Notes: generated by a model not told the origin, from the letters alone. A stretch of 64,000 nucleotides of DNA from Octopus sinensis (GCF_006345805.1 NC_042997.1:69130001-69194000), one strand, 5' to 3'; shown: positions 13,458 through 27,720, numbered from the stretch's first letter. Numbers and translations are program-made.

Positions 13458-14491
13458 CTCTACTTCTTTTTATCTATCTCTTTATTCATTTACTCATTCA
13501 TACAATTTTCTTTATATTTTGAACCTTCAACTTACAACTACTGCATTTGAACATTTACATTCGGTTTCAAGAGTACAATCTAAAAAGACCGACTCTTTTT
13601 GTAGAAATAGGCATTGAACCTTAAAAACACTCACTCATCTATGTATATAGATTCTTTTTTTACTTTTATTATGTCTTTTTATTTTTCCTCTCCCCATCTC
13701 TTTGTGGTATTTTGTAGTATAATTGCTGTTGTTGCTGTTGTTGTAGCTATTATTGTTAGTGTTGCTTTTTTGCTTCCTATTCGGAACGAAGAGACCCCCA
13801 CCTTTTCTTTCAGTTGAGCAAGTAGAGTGCTGTTATACCTGAAAGTGTTTCTTTTCTTTTGGCTTTACTTTATTATCTATTTTTTCCTTTCCGTTTTAAC
13901 TAAGTGCGGGTCTCAGAGCGCGTTGTCAATGAACGACATGTCACACGGGGCGTGATTAGCTGTTGAAAATTGCTTAATAAATACATAGACCCGGTGTGGG
14001 CCGGATGTGAATCAAGGTGCCACATTGTCCAATTGTTAAGAATCTTGGATTAAGAGCTTAAGCTATTCTTTTTCTTATTACTCTTCTCTTCATATTTTTG
14101 CCTGTTTTTTTTTTTTTTTGCTGTGAGATTCTTTAAAATTGTCTTTAATGGTTGTGTATACGTTTTTGTGAGTATATCTCTGTGTGTGGTTTTATGTATC
14201 TGTGTGTGGTTCTATGCATCGGTGTGCATGTATTTTTGTATATATGTGTGTGTTTATCTGCTTGAATACATTAGTTGGGGTGGGTGAGTGTACACACAAA
14301 CGTATATTTCAAGATTTTTGTGTATAAATGAGCATGTATATACGCTTACATATGACTGCGTGTGCATTCACATTCACTTCTTTGTGCTTGTATATTAATG
14401 TGGCCAGAGGTTTGCACAGTTGAATGTGTGTACGAACAGCATATGGATAATCGTATATATTTGTTTATACATGCATATATGTATATCTATG

Positions 14492-14572
<81 letters not shown>

Positions 14573-15189
14573 TGCGTGAGTGTGTGTGTGTGTGTATGTA
14601 TGCATATATATGTATGTATATATATATAATTTATATTCATATTTACACATATATACATACACACATATATAAGTGCGTGCGTGTGTGTGTTGGGTGTTAG
14701 TATGTCTGTGAATACATTAGTTTCCATATCGGTATGTTTCATTTCGCTGATTGTGTACATTAGAACATATGTGCATGGGGATGAGAAAATACAGCAACGT
14801 GTTTTTCCCCGTTCTACGTAATAGCCCCCGCGAAAATAAGTTGCAATTGTATCACTCCAACTATGTAACTATGTAACAACACGCTGAAGAGTTTTTTTTT
14901 CAAACTCATCTTTGATCTATATCTTACAAGTATCATTCTATCATTTTCCTGCCGAATTGTGCACAGATATTCTAAGTCATATTCCTAAATCTAATACCAG
15001 CCAAATAGGACATAAATATCACGGCCACCAGAAACATCGTACAAACATAGCCAATCTCACATGCTTTGCAAAGGTTTTGTTACGACCCTTTTTTCGTGCC
15101 CGTTTCATACAGTTTTCCCGGATGAGTATCATCTCAAACATTAACATACCATTTGTTATTGAGTTATGTCTTCTTGCTGTTAGTACAAT

Positions 15190-15515
15190 GCAGGGCAGCG
15201 TGTGGCTTACTTCTTAGGGTAATCAGTTCAAAATCGTTAGGTCGTGCGTTGTTACCCACCGGCGCGTTGTTTGTCTTTATTTCACATTGCTCCAGTTCCC
15301 TCAGCTGGTAAAAATGAGTTGTACGTGTACGTCAAAGGCCCAGCGTTGTGATATTGTGTCATGCTGAATCTCCTTCAGAACATTAAGAGCATGCATATTT
15401 GTGGAATGCTCAGCCACTTGCACGTGAATTTCACCAGCAGGCTGTTCCGTTGACTGAATCATCTGGAACCCACGTCGTTGTAACCGACAAGGTTATTACC
15501 ATGCAGGCATTTGTA
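15190..15515 (+). mobile_element. Older tRNA-derived SINE, third family
   Basis: Degenerate tRNA-like head, TTGCTCCAGT..CTCAGCTG..AAAATGAGT core, tail GGCTGTTCCGTTGA..GGAACCC..CGTCGTTGTAACCGAC; family recognised from memory. Confidence 0.5.
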
Positions 15516-15599
15516 TTTCAACTTCCTTTTATTTACGCTCCCTGAGCAAAACTATACCTTGTAACTTAATGTCGACGGTTGGTTTAGTGTGCCGATATG

Positions 15600-16130
15600 C
15601 TGATTATACTCGGTTTCTCTCATACCCCATATTTTCCCAAGGTAATCAAGGGAGAAGGCTAAGTAACATCAAACATCCTGGGGATATAATAAGCACCTGC
15701 TGTCTGAACTGATGTATTAAGATCCATTCATTGCTAGAGGTATACATTTTATTCCCCACCTTACTTTGTAATATAAACTATATTTTGGAGGAAGAAGCCA
15801 TCTTTTCGCTAAGTTGCTGTAGTCTTTTATCGTGGTTTCTTCTTTCTATTCTCGCAGCAGACGACTTACTAAAACAACATCAATGCTACGTCAGTATTTG
15901 TGAATTTTCTATGAGTTACAATTATCGTCACAAACTATTCGATTTCATTGATTGTGAAATCCGAAAAATCAAGCTTAATCTCAGGTTAAGACGTAAGCAA
16001 TTCATCAGAGTCATGTTTTCATGTATTGCAAGTTTATCTTCGTTTCGTTTGATCGATCTATCTTGGTCAAGTAACTTTTTCACGAACATAAAAGGAGGAT
16101 ACGTTAACACTCTTTGGCATTTCCGCTTTT
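15600..16130 (-). mobile_element. Possible retroelement (Penelope-like) N-terminal ORF relic
   Basis: Coding-like but stop-riddled minus frame (KLLDQDRSIKRNEDKLAIHE..NCLRLNL..IFRIS); loose resemblance only. Confidence 0.3.
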
Positions 16131-16214
16131 ACGCTCTTTTCTTGGGTGCGCTTCCTGTTCTTTATTTAAGTATAATAACACTTTTAACATCATCCGACAG
16201 GAATTACTCATTTC

Positions 16215-16436
16215 CTTTGACTTCTTTCAGTCATTTGACTGCGGACATGCTGGAGCACTGCCTTTAGCCGAACAAATCGAAGCTTATTCTATCGGTCACC
16301 TACATGATTGCCAAGCGATCGTGGGAGCACAAACACAGACGCACAAACATATATATATGTGTCTTCTACTATAACCTCGGGCCGACCAAAGCCTTGTGAG
16401 TGGATTTGGTAGACGGAAACTGAAAGAAGCCCGTCG

Positions 16437-16498
<62 letters not shown>

Positions 16499-16890
16499 TG
16501 TGTGTGTGTTTGTGTGTCTGTGCTTGTCTCCCCAACATCGCTTGATAACCGATGCTGGTGTGTTTACGTCACCGTAACTTAGCGGTTCGGTAAAAGAGAC
16601 CAATAGAATAAGTACTAGGCTTACAAAGAGTAAGTCCTGGGGTCGATATGCTCGACTAAAGGCGGTGCTCCAGTATGGCTACAGTCAAATGACTGAAACA
16701 AGTAAAAGAGTAAAAGAGTATATATATACGATAGGCTTCTTTCAGTTTCCATCTACCAGATCCGCTCACAATGATTTGGTCGATCCGAGGTTATAATAGA
16801 AGACACTTGCCCAAAGTGCTACGCAGTGGGACTGAACCCAGAAGCATGTTGTTGGGAAGCAAGCTTCTTACCACACAGCCACTTCTGCGT
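16215..16890. mobile_element. Two nested family A SINEs: + copy (about 16339-16719) inside a - copy (about 16215-16338 and 16720-16890)
   Basis: The minus copy is split at its central (TA)n by a 5'-truncated plus copy. Confidence 0.85.
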
Positions 16891-17566
16891 CTGTCCCATA
16901 TGTAAAAAGATATAGTACAGATAATAATATTAGATGGAAAATCTATAGTTGACATCACAGCAATTTTTTGTTGACTTGCACAAATAATACGAAAGGTAGC
17001 TATGAAGCTTTACTAGTAGCAAATTGCAAGCCAAAAATCTACACAGAACACATAAAGTAAACCAAAAATTTTACCTGTGCTTCATGCAGTATAATTTCTA
17101 AATCCGGCATCGAAGATGAATTTATATCAGTTTCTCATGATCTTTTGCGACCTACATTAAATTGCACAAAAATCCTATGATCATTTCGTTCATTTGTTTA
17201 AGTCCAAGTATCTCTTGAATCGTCAACGGATTAATGAATTTACAAAGAACTGGAAAATATAAGTTTTAATAAAACATCGCATCCAATATGCAGCCATATA
17301 TTTAATGCAACTTGTTTGAAATATGAGAAAAATATGTGAACTAATTAGTTGACAGAAATTGTGTGGAAGCCCGTCATATGTATATATGTATGTTGTACGT
17401 ATGTATGAGTATATATATATATATATATATATATACGTATGTGTGTGTGTGTGAGTGTGTGACAATTAGTTGGTTGTCATAATAAAAGTCAGAGTTCCGG
17501 ATGCCGGGACTGAAGTCTACTCCGCCATCTCATGAGTTATTAAGACAAGTGCTATAAAAAAAAACC

Positions 17567-19386
17567 GTTGAATACAGGGTAATTACTCCGATAGGCATGG
17601 GGAAAGTAATACTTCATTCGTAAAATTCGAACAGGCACACACACACACATATACACACATGTATGTATATATATCTATATGCATACTCACACACTCGTGT
17701 ACATATGCACACAAACACACATATATACATACATAAATCTACGCATACACGCACATACACACGCATATATACCCATGCACACATCACTACGCTCATTACG
17801 CATCTCTACACGCACGCACACATACATACGCGGATATACAAACGTAGTTTACACGAACGTGCATATACATACGCGGTAAGACGTATATGTAAATAAAAAC
17901 ACATACGCAAAAACGCACGCATCATTATGTTCATATACACATCTTTATACGCACATACACATACGCGGATATACAAAACGTATTCTATACACACATGCCC
18001 ATAGACGTTTATACAAATAAAAACACATACGCAAACAACATAAACCGTAAAACATTCACATTCGCCGCAAAACTATGCTTCTATCTCTAAGGAACTGCTC
18101 GATAAAGCCCTCACGTTCGCAAGTGAAGTTATAGAAATTAGTACACAAGATAAGGACATCTTCCATGCTAGAAAGGTTTTACTCTTCGGTGAGAACGCAG
18201 AGTGGATTAACACAATCGATACAGAGGGTGCCTTCGATGTGAGCATGGGATCATATGATGGAGCAGGCATATGCGATCTCATTAGACTATTCCTACTCGA
18301 TACATTGAGTAAAACTTTTCCTGGTATATATTTCGCCATTTACAAAGATGGAGCTCTAGCTTTAACTACAAACCGCAATGGACCAGCGCAAGATCGGTTT
18401 AGGAAGAACATTATTCAAATGATGAAAACATTTGATCTTAGCATAACAATAAATACCAACCTGACAGTTGTGAATTTCCTGGATCTAGCTTAAGATTTAA
18501 ATAAGACTATTTACAAACCCTATAGAAAGCCCAACGATAGACTTAGCTATATTAAAGTAGGTTTCTGCCATCCCACCATAGTATTTAAGAATTTAGTTAA
18601 AAACATTAGCAAGATAATTCCTAATATAAACATTTTTAATAGTGTTGCCCCAATATATAAAGCTCTAAAAGATAGTTTAGCGAGGAAATAATGCGAAGAA
18701 ATAACTTATACACATGTTATTGGTATATATACGAATGCAAGACTCAACCCGTTGTACCTGTCTCCTTCCTTCATACATATATGTATGTATATACGCTTAT
18801 ATATCTGCAGGTGTAGATGTGTTTGACAGACAGAAGGGTGTATTTGTGTATATATATATATATATATAAAACATTTGTATATTCAAGTTTTGTGGTGAAT
18901 GTGAACGGTTTACGGTTTATGTTGTTTGTGTATGTTTTTGTTTGTATATACGTCTATCCGCGTATATATGTGTATGTGCGTATAGAGACGTGTATATGAA
19001 CATAATGATGCGTGCGTTTTTGCGTATGGGTTTTTATTTGCATATACGTCTTTCCGCGTATGTATATGCATGTGGGTATAAACTACGTTTTGTATATCTG
19101 AGTATGTATGTGTGTGCGCGTGTAGAGATGTGTATATGAGCGTAGTGATGCGTGCATGGGTATATATGCGTGTGTATGTGCGTGTATGCGTAGACATATA
19201 TATATATATAGGTGTATTTGTATGTATATGTACACGCATGTGTGAGTATGCATATAGATATATATACATACATGTGTGTGTGTGTGTGCGTACGTGTATG
19301 TGTGTTTGTATATGTGTGCATATGCGGATTCTATGAATGAAGTATAGCTTTCCCATGCCTATTGGAATAGTTCCCCTTTATTCAAC
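17567..19386. repeat. About 500-bp inverted repeat (17567-18074 / 18886-19386) with an 811-bp spacer
   Basis: Arms align end to end as reverse complements, including non-microsatellite text (GTTGAATA..ATAGGCATGGG; GCACGCATCATTATGTTCATATACAC; ACATAAACCGTAAA..AAAACT). Confidence 0.88.
18075..18700 (+). mobile_element. Penelope-like element (Naiad-type) reverse transcriptase fragment
   Basis: SISKELLDKALTFA..FHARKVLLF..FDVSMGSYDGAGICDLI..IYKDGAL..GPAQDRFRKNII..NTNLTVVNFLD..YKPYRKPND. Confidence 0.9.
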
Positions 19387-19389
19387 TAA

Positions 19390-19900
19390 TACACCTACTT
19401 GTTCCCTCACCTGTCTTCGTCCTTTATTTTCTGTACCCACCAGTCATCCTTCAGGTGGAAAGTAATAGATCATCCAGGCCCATATATTCATGAAAGAGGT
19501 CGTTGCAGAATCTACATCGCGGAGAGAGCCAGAATTCTTAAGGACTATACTAAACCTGGCGCGTTAAATAGTCGTAAAGACGTTGTTTTTTTTTTCTTCT
19601 AAATGTGTCCACTTCAAGCGCTACCTACTGGAAAATTGGATCTTCCCGTTTGCTAGTTAGGCTTTTTCGGGTCTATAAATGTCTTTTTTTTATCCTCTGG
19701 TTCAGGAGAGACAACCCGACCTCATTAACATTTTTCTACGTGTTAAGACTTAAATCACGATTTCTGAGCGTTTCCTCACGTACGCGACGCAGAATATTAA
19801 TTTTTTTTTGTCTTTGTATAGAGGCTGTTGAGCTGTCCACAAGGCTTTGGTTTTGTGGATACGAAACTTTTGGTAACTCTATGCCCTAAATTAAAATTTT
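19390..19900 (-). mobile_element. Naiad-type PLE ORF fragment upstream of the RT core
   Basis: Degenerate peptides (GHI*KKKKTT..FN..RILAL..ILQR..ITFHLKD) leading into SYTSFI, the same junction as the + copy at 17.6 kb. Confidence 0.5.
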
Positions 19901-20337
19901 TGTTGTAATAATTACTACTCTATTCTGTAGAGTGTGCTTCTTTTCCGATATGTGTTTTAATGTGTGCAAGTGTGTGCGTACGTCTTTGAGTTTGTGTCTC
20001 ACCGCTTGCAATTAATCTTTTAATATTTATTTGCATAACTGCGGTCAAGGCGTTTGGCAAAGAAATGATACTATAGAATAATTTAGTACTGGAGTCGACT
20101 TGATTGTCTAAAATATCTCTTCAGTGCAATACGGCATCATGGACGCCATCCAATGACTGAAGCAAGTCAAAGAATAACAGAATATTAAAAAAATATTAGT
20201 GACAGGGTGGTCGTAAATGGAATATATATGAAATCGGCGAGTCTATTCTTTGCATATATTTATGCTTATAATTATCGGGAAGCATTATATTTATGTTCGT
20301 AATAGTGGGAAAGCAACTGATTAATATTTACCATAGC

Positions 20338-20552
20338 AAAGGCGGCGAGCTGGCAGAACCGTTAGCACGCAGGGCGAAAAACGTAGCCGTATTTCGTCTG
20401 CCGTTACGTTCTGAGTTCAAATTCCGCCGAGGTCGACTTTGCCTTTCATCCTTTCGGGGTCGATAAATTAAGTACCAATTGCGCAATGGGGTCGATATAA
20501 TCGACTGGTCCCCCTCCCCAAAACTTTTGGGCCTTGTGCCTAGAGTAGAAAA
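20338..20552 (+). mobile_element. SINE family B (variant tail)
   Basis: Near-intact AAGGCGGCGAGCTGGCAGAA head, B-box GAGTTCAAATTCC, CORE-like segment. Confidence 0.92.
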
Positions 20553-21664
20553 GTGTATATATTTATGCTCGTAATAGAGGGAAAGCAACTGATAAATATG
20601 TACGTGCATGAGTGATTTGTTCCAGCAGTCAAATATCAAATGTCTTTATTTCAACTTCTCTTTTTTTATCCCATCAAGCCCTTCACCCCTTTTCCTCCTC
20701 GTCAACTTTTTCGTTCCTGGTCACCTCTTCATTCCTTCATCTTTTCGCACTTTTCAATTTATTTACAAGCTATATTATTCACAATATACGCACACCTACG
20801 CACAACTGTTTGTCTCATCTACTCTGTTACCCACCAAATTATCTACAAGTCTATCCATGTCTGCACACACTCACCCATTGAACAAAACAACCACCCTATG
20901 TATGAGACCTATTTATGTCAATTCATCAAAATTTCTTTTATTTTACCTTCTTATCTGCAAGTATCTTCTAACGGCAAAGAAGCAATGAAAATTTTTTTCA
21001 GCGCCAATAAATGAACGTCAGTCTTATATTGTTTATCTTTGTATAGTAGTTGGGTGAGATATGTGATACGATGAGATCTATCTCGTGTTGCAAAGAATTG
21101 AATGTCAGTATTGATTATAATCAACTGATTTGACGAAATGGCCATTTATCGACCTAAGTCTTGTCAATAATTGTTCCTTCACCGGGCCAGTTCACTGTAT
21201 TTCTAAATAGGAGAGTTTTGTAAACACAGTCCTTAGAGTATGGGGTTCCAGTCAAGGTCAGTGTGTCTTCTATGGGTTCACACTAGCAAAATAGTAAATT
21301 GGGAATCCACAATGGTATTTTAAGGGCCATAAAATGTTTTGGTTTTGATGTATATTTTGCAAGAAACAATGAGCTTTCCTTCTCTAAAATTCAACATAGT
21401 TCAACCTCCAAGATAATGTGTGAAAAACAAAATAGGAATTTTGAAAAAAGTATCTATAAAACTAGTTTGTGAACATCAAATGGTTATGGGGTGGGGAGGT
21501 GTCTTCCAAAATAAAATAGTAAACAAAGGGTCCATGTGTAAAAAATGGATAAAAACAACTGAATATAACCGATAATACTTACTATGGACCATTTTCCCTC
21601 CGCTACAAAGGTTGAAAAGTATTCTCATTCATATTACAGTGACTAGGTGCTCTAAATCATGCAC

Positions 21665-21695
<31 letters not shown>

Positions 21696-21793
21696 TCTTT
21701 CTCTGTAACACAAGCATATATAAATAGCGTATGTGTGCGCATGTGTGTTCATGGATGTGCAAAAGCTTTTTTTGTTGTTGCTTCTCATTCATC

Positions 21794-21844
<51 letters not shown>

Positions 21845-21846
21845 TT

Positions 21847-21914
<68 letters not shown>

Positions 21915-22199
21915 CACCAAATATATACGTTTTTATTATTATTTTGCAATTTACTTAATCATCGGTATAGTATTGTTATTTTATTTTTAATATTTCTATT
22001 ATATGTCATTTTCTAGATGGTGTAATTTAATTGTTCATTTTGAATTGATAAAAGGTGGGTTTTTTCTAATTTTTATGTATATATATTATACTTTGTGAAA
22101 TTTGATTTAGTATTTCTAAATTGAATTTTTCCCTATAAGTTAGGAATAATATTCCCTCAAATAATTATTACATATCTATATATATATATATATATATAT

Positions 22200-22410
22200 A
22201 AGAGAACAAAGTGTACGTACGCCGCTATATATATAAAATAAGATACAAAATAGGACAAGAACGCAAAACATCTGGACAAATAGGTGATACAAAAAAAGAC
22301 AACAAAGCATCCAGATAGACGATACAAAAAAAAACACGGAGGGTTCATTCGAAGCCTTTTATCTTTAGTCAAGGACCGGATCATCCTCGCAATTTCGGCT
22401 GATTATCTTG
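22200..22410 (-). mobile_element. Penelope pseudo-LTR-like repeat fragment
   Basis: CAAGATAATCAGCCGAAATTGCGAGGATGATCCGG..TTGACTAAAGA followed by a T-rich tract and (TA)n; class assigned from recall. Confidence 0.35.
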
Positions 22411-23069
22411 CGCCAAAATTTGAAACCAATGTTATCTAATGATCAAATTTTAGATTATAAATCGTTTATTTTTATTTTTACATTCTCCTCACATCTGCCT
22501 GTAACCTGATGCACTGCTGTATATTTAATTATGTTTTAGTTATGTGTCTTACCTAATTACTTATTAAGTACTTTTACTCAGCGACAGTAGATATAATTTT
22601 CTGCTGTTAAAGAGTCGATTAAATTTACTCCACGTACTATATATAATCGCACGTTGGCGATTTGAAATTATGTCTTCCAAATGCAGTATTTTTGTATTAT
22701 TTCCTTTTCGGTCTTACTAATGCAGCTGGCGTCTAGTTAAGAATATTATAACTATAACTTATTTTTATTGACTAATATTGAAATGCTTATATCATATTTT
22801 ATGAAAAAATAGCATCGTTAGTTGTATGTGCCTAACGATGAAGACAACGAAAAAGTGGCACCTGTGAAACAAATCTACATTTTCATAGTTTAACTCCGTT
22901 AGTGATTTACTAGTTTTGGTAGACTTCTAACAAATTAAGTATAGTAGTTAGAAAATATGGCACTAATATATATCTCTCCAACACTGTTCATTAAGATATA
23001 TCTCTTGATTAACCCCTCTCTTGATCGGTGAGGAAATACCATTCGTCAGCATTCCTATCCGAATGGGTT

Positions 23070-23460
23070 ATTCTTTTACTTGTTTCAGCCATTTGACTGC
23101 AGCCATGCTGGAGCACCACCTTTAGTTAAGCAAATCGACCCCAGGACTTATTCTTTGTAAGCCTAGTACTTATTCTATCGGTATCTTTTGCCGAACCGCT
23201 AAGTTACGGGGACGCAAACACACCAGCATCGGTTGTCAAGTGATGTTGGGGGGACAAAGACAGACACACAAACACACACATATATATACATATATACAAC
23301 TGGCTTCTTTCAGTTTCTGCCTACCAAATCCATTCACAAGGCTTTGGTCGACCCGAGGCTATAGTAGAAGACACTTGCCCAAGGTGCCACGCAGTGGGAC
23401 TGAAACCGGAACCATGCAGTTGGTAACCAAGCTACTTACCACACAGCCACTCCTACGCCT
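23070..23460 (-). mobile_element. SINE family A, full length
   Basis: Homologous over its whole length to 7421-7816. Confidence 0.93.
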
Positions 23461-24789
23461 TCCTGAGTTTTTTTATATTTCCTAACTTAAATGGTTTTTA
23501 CAAAATGCACAGTGGTTGGTATTTTAGCTCTTTTATGTCATCAGCGTTTTGCTCTAGCTTTTACTGTCTCATGTTCCCACTCATACCCTCACCTACTGCT
23601 TTCTTTACCGACACTAGCATGCATTCATATACGCAAACGTATGAATATATGTACACAAAGTGGCACACTCAGTACTTAATTTACAATTTAATACGTTAAC
23701 TGGGCTGATCTGATCCGATTTTATTGCTGAAAAATACAATTACATATTTACACTTTTCAATGTCAGCGATTTTATATCCCGGGGTTTTAACAATAACACC
23801 AGGGTATTATTTCAAATATATTTTATCCAATGATCCTATGAAGCTAAATATGTTAAATCGTGCTGAAATGAAGAAGCAATCTAATGTCTTTTGCATATTT
23901 GTTGCGTGTTTGCTTCCTTTCACGCGCACTAGTTATTTATTCATTATGTAATTCCCTTTTCTGACCATCAACATTTGGCATCTTTGTACATATTCCGCAC
24001 CAACTTATTTTAGTGGGCATTAAAAGTGACGAAAAGAGAAACGACTGCAAATTGTAATGGAAATTTTCTTCCGTATTTGCTGAAATGATAAAAATAACAT
24101 TTGTCATTGAAATAATGTTGTCTTCTTCACCGTATAGTTGTTCTTTACATTTAACTATGAGTAGCTTACTATGCTTGCTGAGGATGGCATATTTGGGTAA
24201 TTTTCATCACGAAGGGGTTAGGCGACCCATGAAGCGTTAACTGCTTTGGAGTATTTTATATACGCCCTTTACATTATGAATTCAAGTCTCACTAAAGCCA
24301 GCTTTGTCTTTCCTACTTTTGGGAAGATGAAATACAATACCAGTCAAGTACTGGTGGCGAAAGTTTGGACCATGACCTTTCTTTAAGTAAGAAAGCAATA
24401 TATTTCTAACGTTGAGGATACTGGGTATGCAACAAGTAAATTCTGGTTAATCTGGAGTAAAATTTCGATATAGAGTTCTTAAATACAGAAAACTAAAAAA
24501 ATGTGGGAAAAGGAGAATAAAAATACAAAAGATCCGTACATATCTAAAAAGCTATAGAATAGTGAAATCAGCCCTACATATCGGGAGGTGGTATCTGCTA
24601 ATTCGGACCGCGAAGGAAATTTCAAAAACATACATTTTGAGTTCAGTTCATGAAGTAAAAGTATATATAATAAAACACTATATTTTTGTCCTGGCAGTCA
24701 CGCTTGGGGGAAAAGCAGGGTAAAACAAGAAACAGAGTGAGAGTGAGTGACAGTCGGAGGCAGTAAAGGATGCAAACAACCTTCAGAGA

Positions 24790-25800
<1,011 letters not shown>

Positions 25801-26014
25801 AGGTTTTGAACCATGGATACAGCCGAACAGGCTTCCACATACACAGTCTCTCTCCATCCAAGTTCTCTGATTATGTTTTGAGCGACCAAATATATGCATG
25901 AAGTACCTTACAGAACTACTCTTTGTATGTTGCACATAACTTGTGCTTTAGTAATTACTAAGATATCTGTTAAAGTAACGATTTATATTTCGAGATCATA
26001 GTTTTTGAATAAGT

Positions 26015-26155
26015 TCAAGGCCACCAGCTAGGAGAATCATTAGCACACTGAACACAATGCTTTGCGGCATTTCGTCCGTCTTTAAGTTCTAAGTTAAAAT
26101 TCCGTTGAGGTCGACATTGGCTTTTATTGTTTCGGAGTCGATAAAAATATGCACC
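26015..26155 (+). mobile_element. SINE family B, diverged and 3'-truncated
   Basis: GGAGAATCATTAGCAC..AAATTCCGTTGAGGTCGAC..GGAGTCGATAAA. Confidence 0.75.
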
Positions 26156-26164
26156 GACCCTCTG

Positions 26165-26405
26165 CTAAGTAGCTTGCTTACGAACCACATGGTTCCGAGT
26201 TCAGTCCCACTGCGTGGAACCTTGGACAAGTGTCTTCTAATATAGCCTCGGGCCGACCAAAGCCTTGTGAATGGATTTGGTAGACGGAAACTGAAAGACG
26301 CCCGTCGTATATATGTATATATATTTGTGTGTGTGTATATGTTTGTGTATCTGTGTTTGTTCCCCCAACATCGCTTGACAACCGATGCTGGTGTGTTTAC
26401 GTCCC
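26165..26405 (-). mobile_element. SINE family A, 5' half
   Basis: Head, core and central microsatellite present; tail missing. Confidence 0.88.
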
Positions 26406-26439
26406 CTTAAAAGTTACTCTTCACGAAGTTAAAGAAACA

Positions 26440-26650
26440 ATAAGAAGAGCGTGACGGTTATTGGTAATAAACAGATTGACTCTTTATTAAAATGAAAATG
26501 AAACGAATGGACAATATTTCGACCCCCATGTGTCTTTTATAGAATGAAATGAAATTCAAAGATACGAAACGCCGAAACATTAAAAATTAAACAGGAATAA
26601 CTGCGTTTATTTCCCGGTATAACAACGTCATCAGTCTTCGGTCTTTCGCA
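26440..26650 (-). mobile_element. Penelope pLTR-like relic with degenerate hammerhead-like motifs
   Basis: CTGATGA..GAAAT at 26634-26594 and (CTATAAA)AGAC..GTC-GAAATATTGTC at 26542-26510, followed by AATAAA. Confidence 0.4.
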
Positions 26651-26829
26651 AAAGGTAGCAGAAGGAAGGAAAAAGCTAAAAGCAAAAGGAAAGAAAAGAA
26701 CTAGGTAAAAAATTATTCAGTCAAAAACTTTAGTGTAAATATGGTGGAATTCACTTGCTATTTTATTAATTTCTCCAGGCTGAAAACCTATAAAGATAGA
26801 TATATTTGTGAACTGTTGAAATCTGACCT

Positions 26830-26982
26830 TGGAGGGGCATGCTCAGCTGATTAAAGTCAAACAACTGACAAGTAAATCTGTGGTATTGAGCAGAATATTT
26901 GCTCTAGCCCATCTTTCATACCAAGACAAAACAATGTACATGATAACACATCTAATCAGTTAAGATCAGAAGCCATGAGACC
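26830..26982 (-). mobile_element. TAA-associated non-coding element, 5' part
   Basis: Homologous to 28660-28770; abuts the (TAA)n array at about 26983-27048. Confidence 0.8.
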
Positions 26983-27048
<66 letters not shown>

Positions 27049-27052
<4 letters not shown>

Positions 27053-27715
27053 TAGTTTTATTTTTATAGCGTGCTTTCACTTCACAACCGAGCGCAGCTC
27101 TGTGTGCCTTGGGTATGTGCTGTGATTTGTTGTGATGCTCTGATGGTTATTGTATGGAAAGTGTTCTGCGTAGGATGTGTGCAGTGCCTAGTAGTGCAAT
27201 TTTCTGTATGTTATATGTGTTTGTAAGTCCTGGTGTTTTTATCATGCCTAATGCACCTACTATGATAGGAATTGTTTCTGTTTTCAGATTCCACGTTCTA
27301 GTTACCTCTATTTCCAGGTCTTTGTATTTTGAGAGTTTCTCCATTTCTTTTAGAGACACGTTGTCATCTGCCGGTATTGATACATCAATTAGAAAGCATT
27401 TTTTTCTTCATGGTCTCTGACAACTATATCTGGTCTGTTGGCCTTAATTTCTCTGTCTGTGTGTATCGGCATATCCCAGAGTGTGGTTGCTTTCTCGTTT
27501 TCTGTGACCTTTTCTGGTGTGTGCCTATACCATCTTTTTTCTGTTGTTATTCCATAATGTTGGCATAGCTTCCAATGTATGTAGGTTCATGTCTGTGAAT
27601 ATATTCCTTCTTAGCCAGGACTTGGCACCTAGAGATAATATGATTTATTGTTTCTTGTCCATCTCCACATATTCTGCAGTTACTTGTAATATTTCTTTTC
27701 ATTACATGTTTTTGG
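27049..27715 (-). mobile_element. R4/Dong-clade non-LTR retrotransposon 3' fragment (CCHC + RLE endonuclease)
   Basis: TINHIISRCQVLAKKEYIHRH zinc knuckle; KCFLIDVSIP.D.NVSLKEMEKLSKYKDLEIEV..WNLKTETIPIIVGALG..QKIALLGTAHILR; (TAA)n on both sides. Confidence 0.92.
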
Positions 27716-27720
27716 TAATT

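Noticed and set aside
14912-15217. ORF with FPAELCTDILSHIP, superficially F-box- or THAP-like
   Set aside because: Only a few motif residues match, the rest of either domain is absent, and the ORF runs into a SINE
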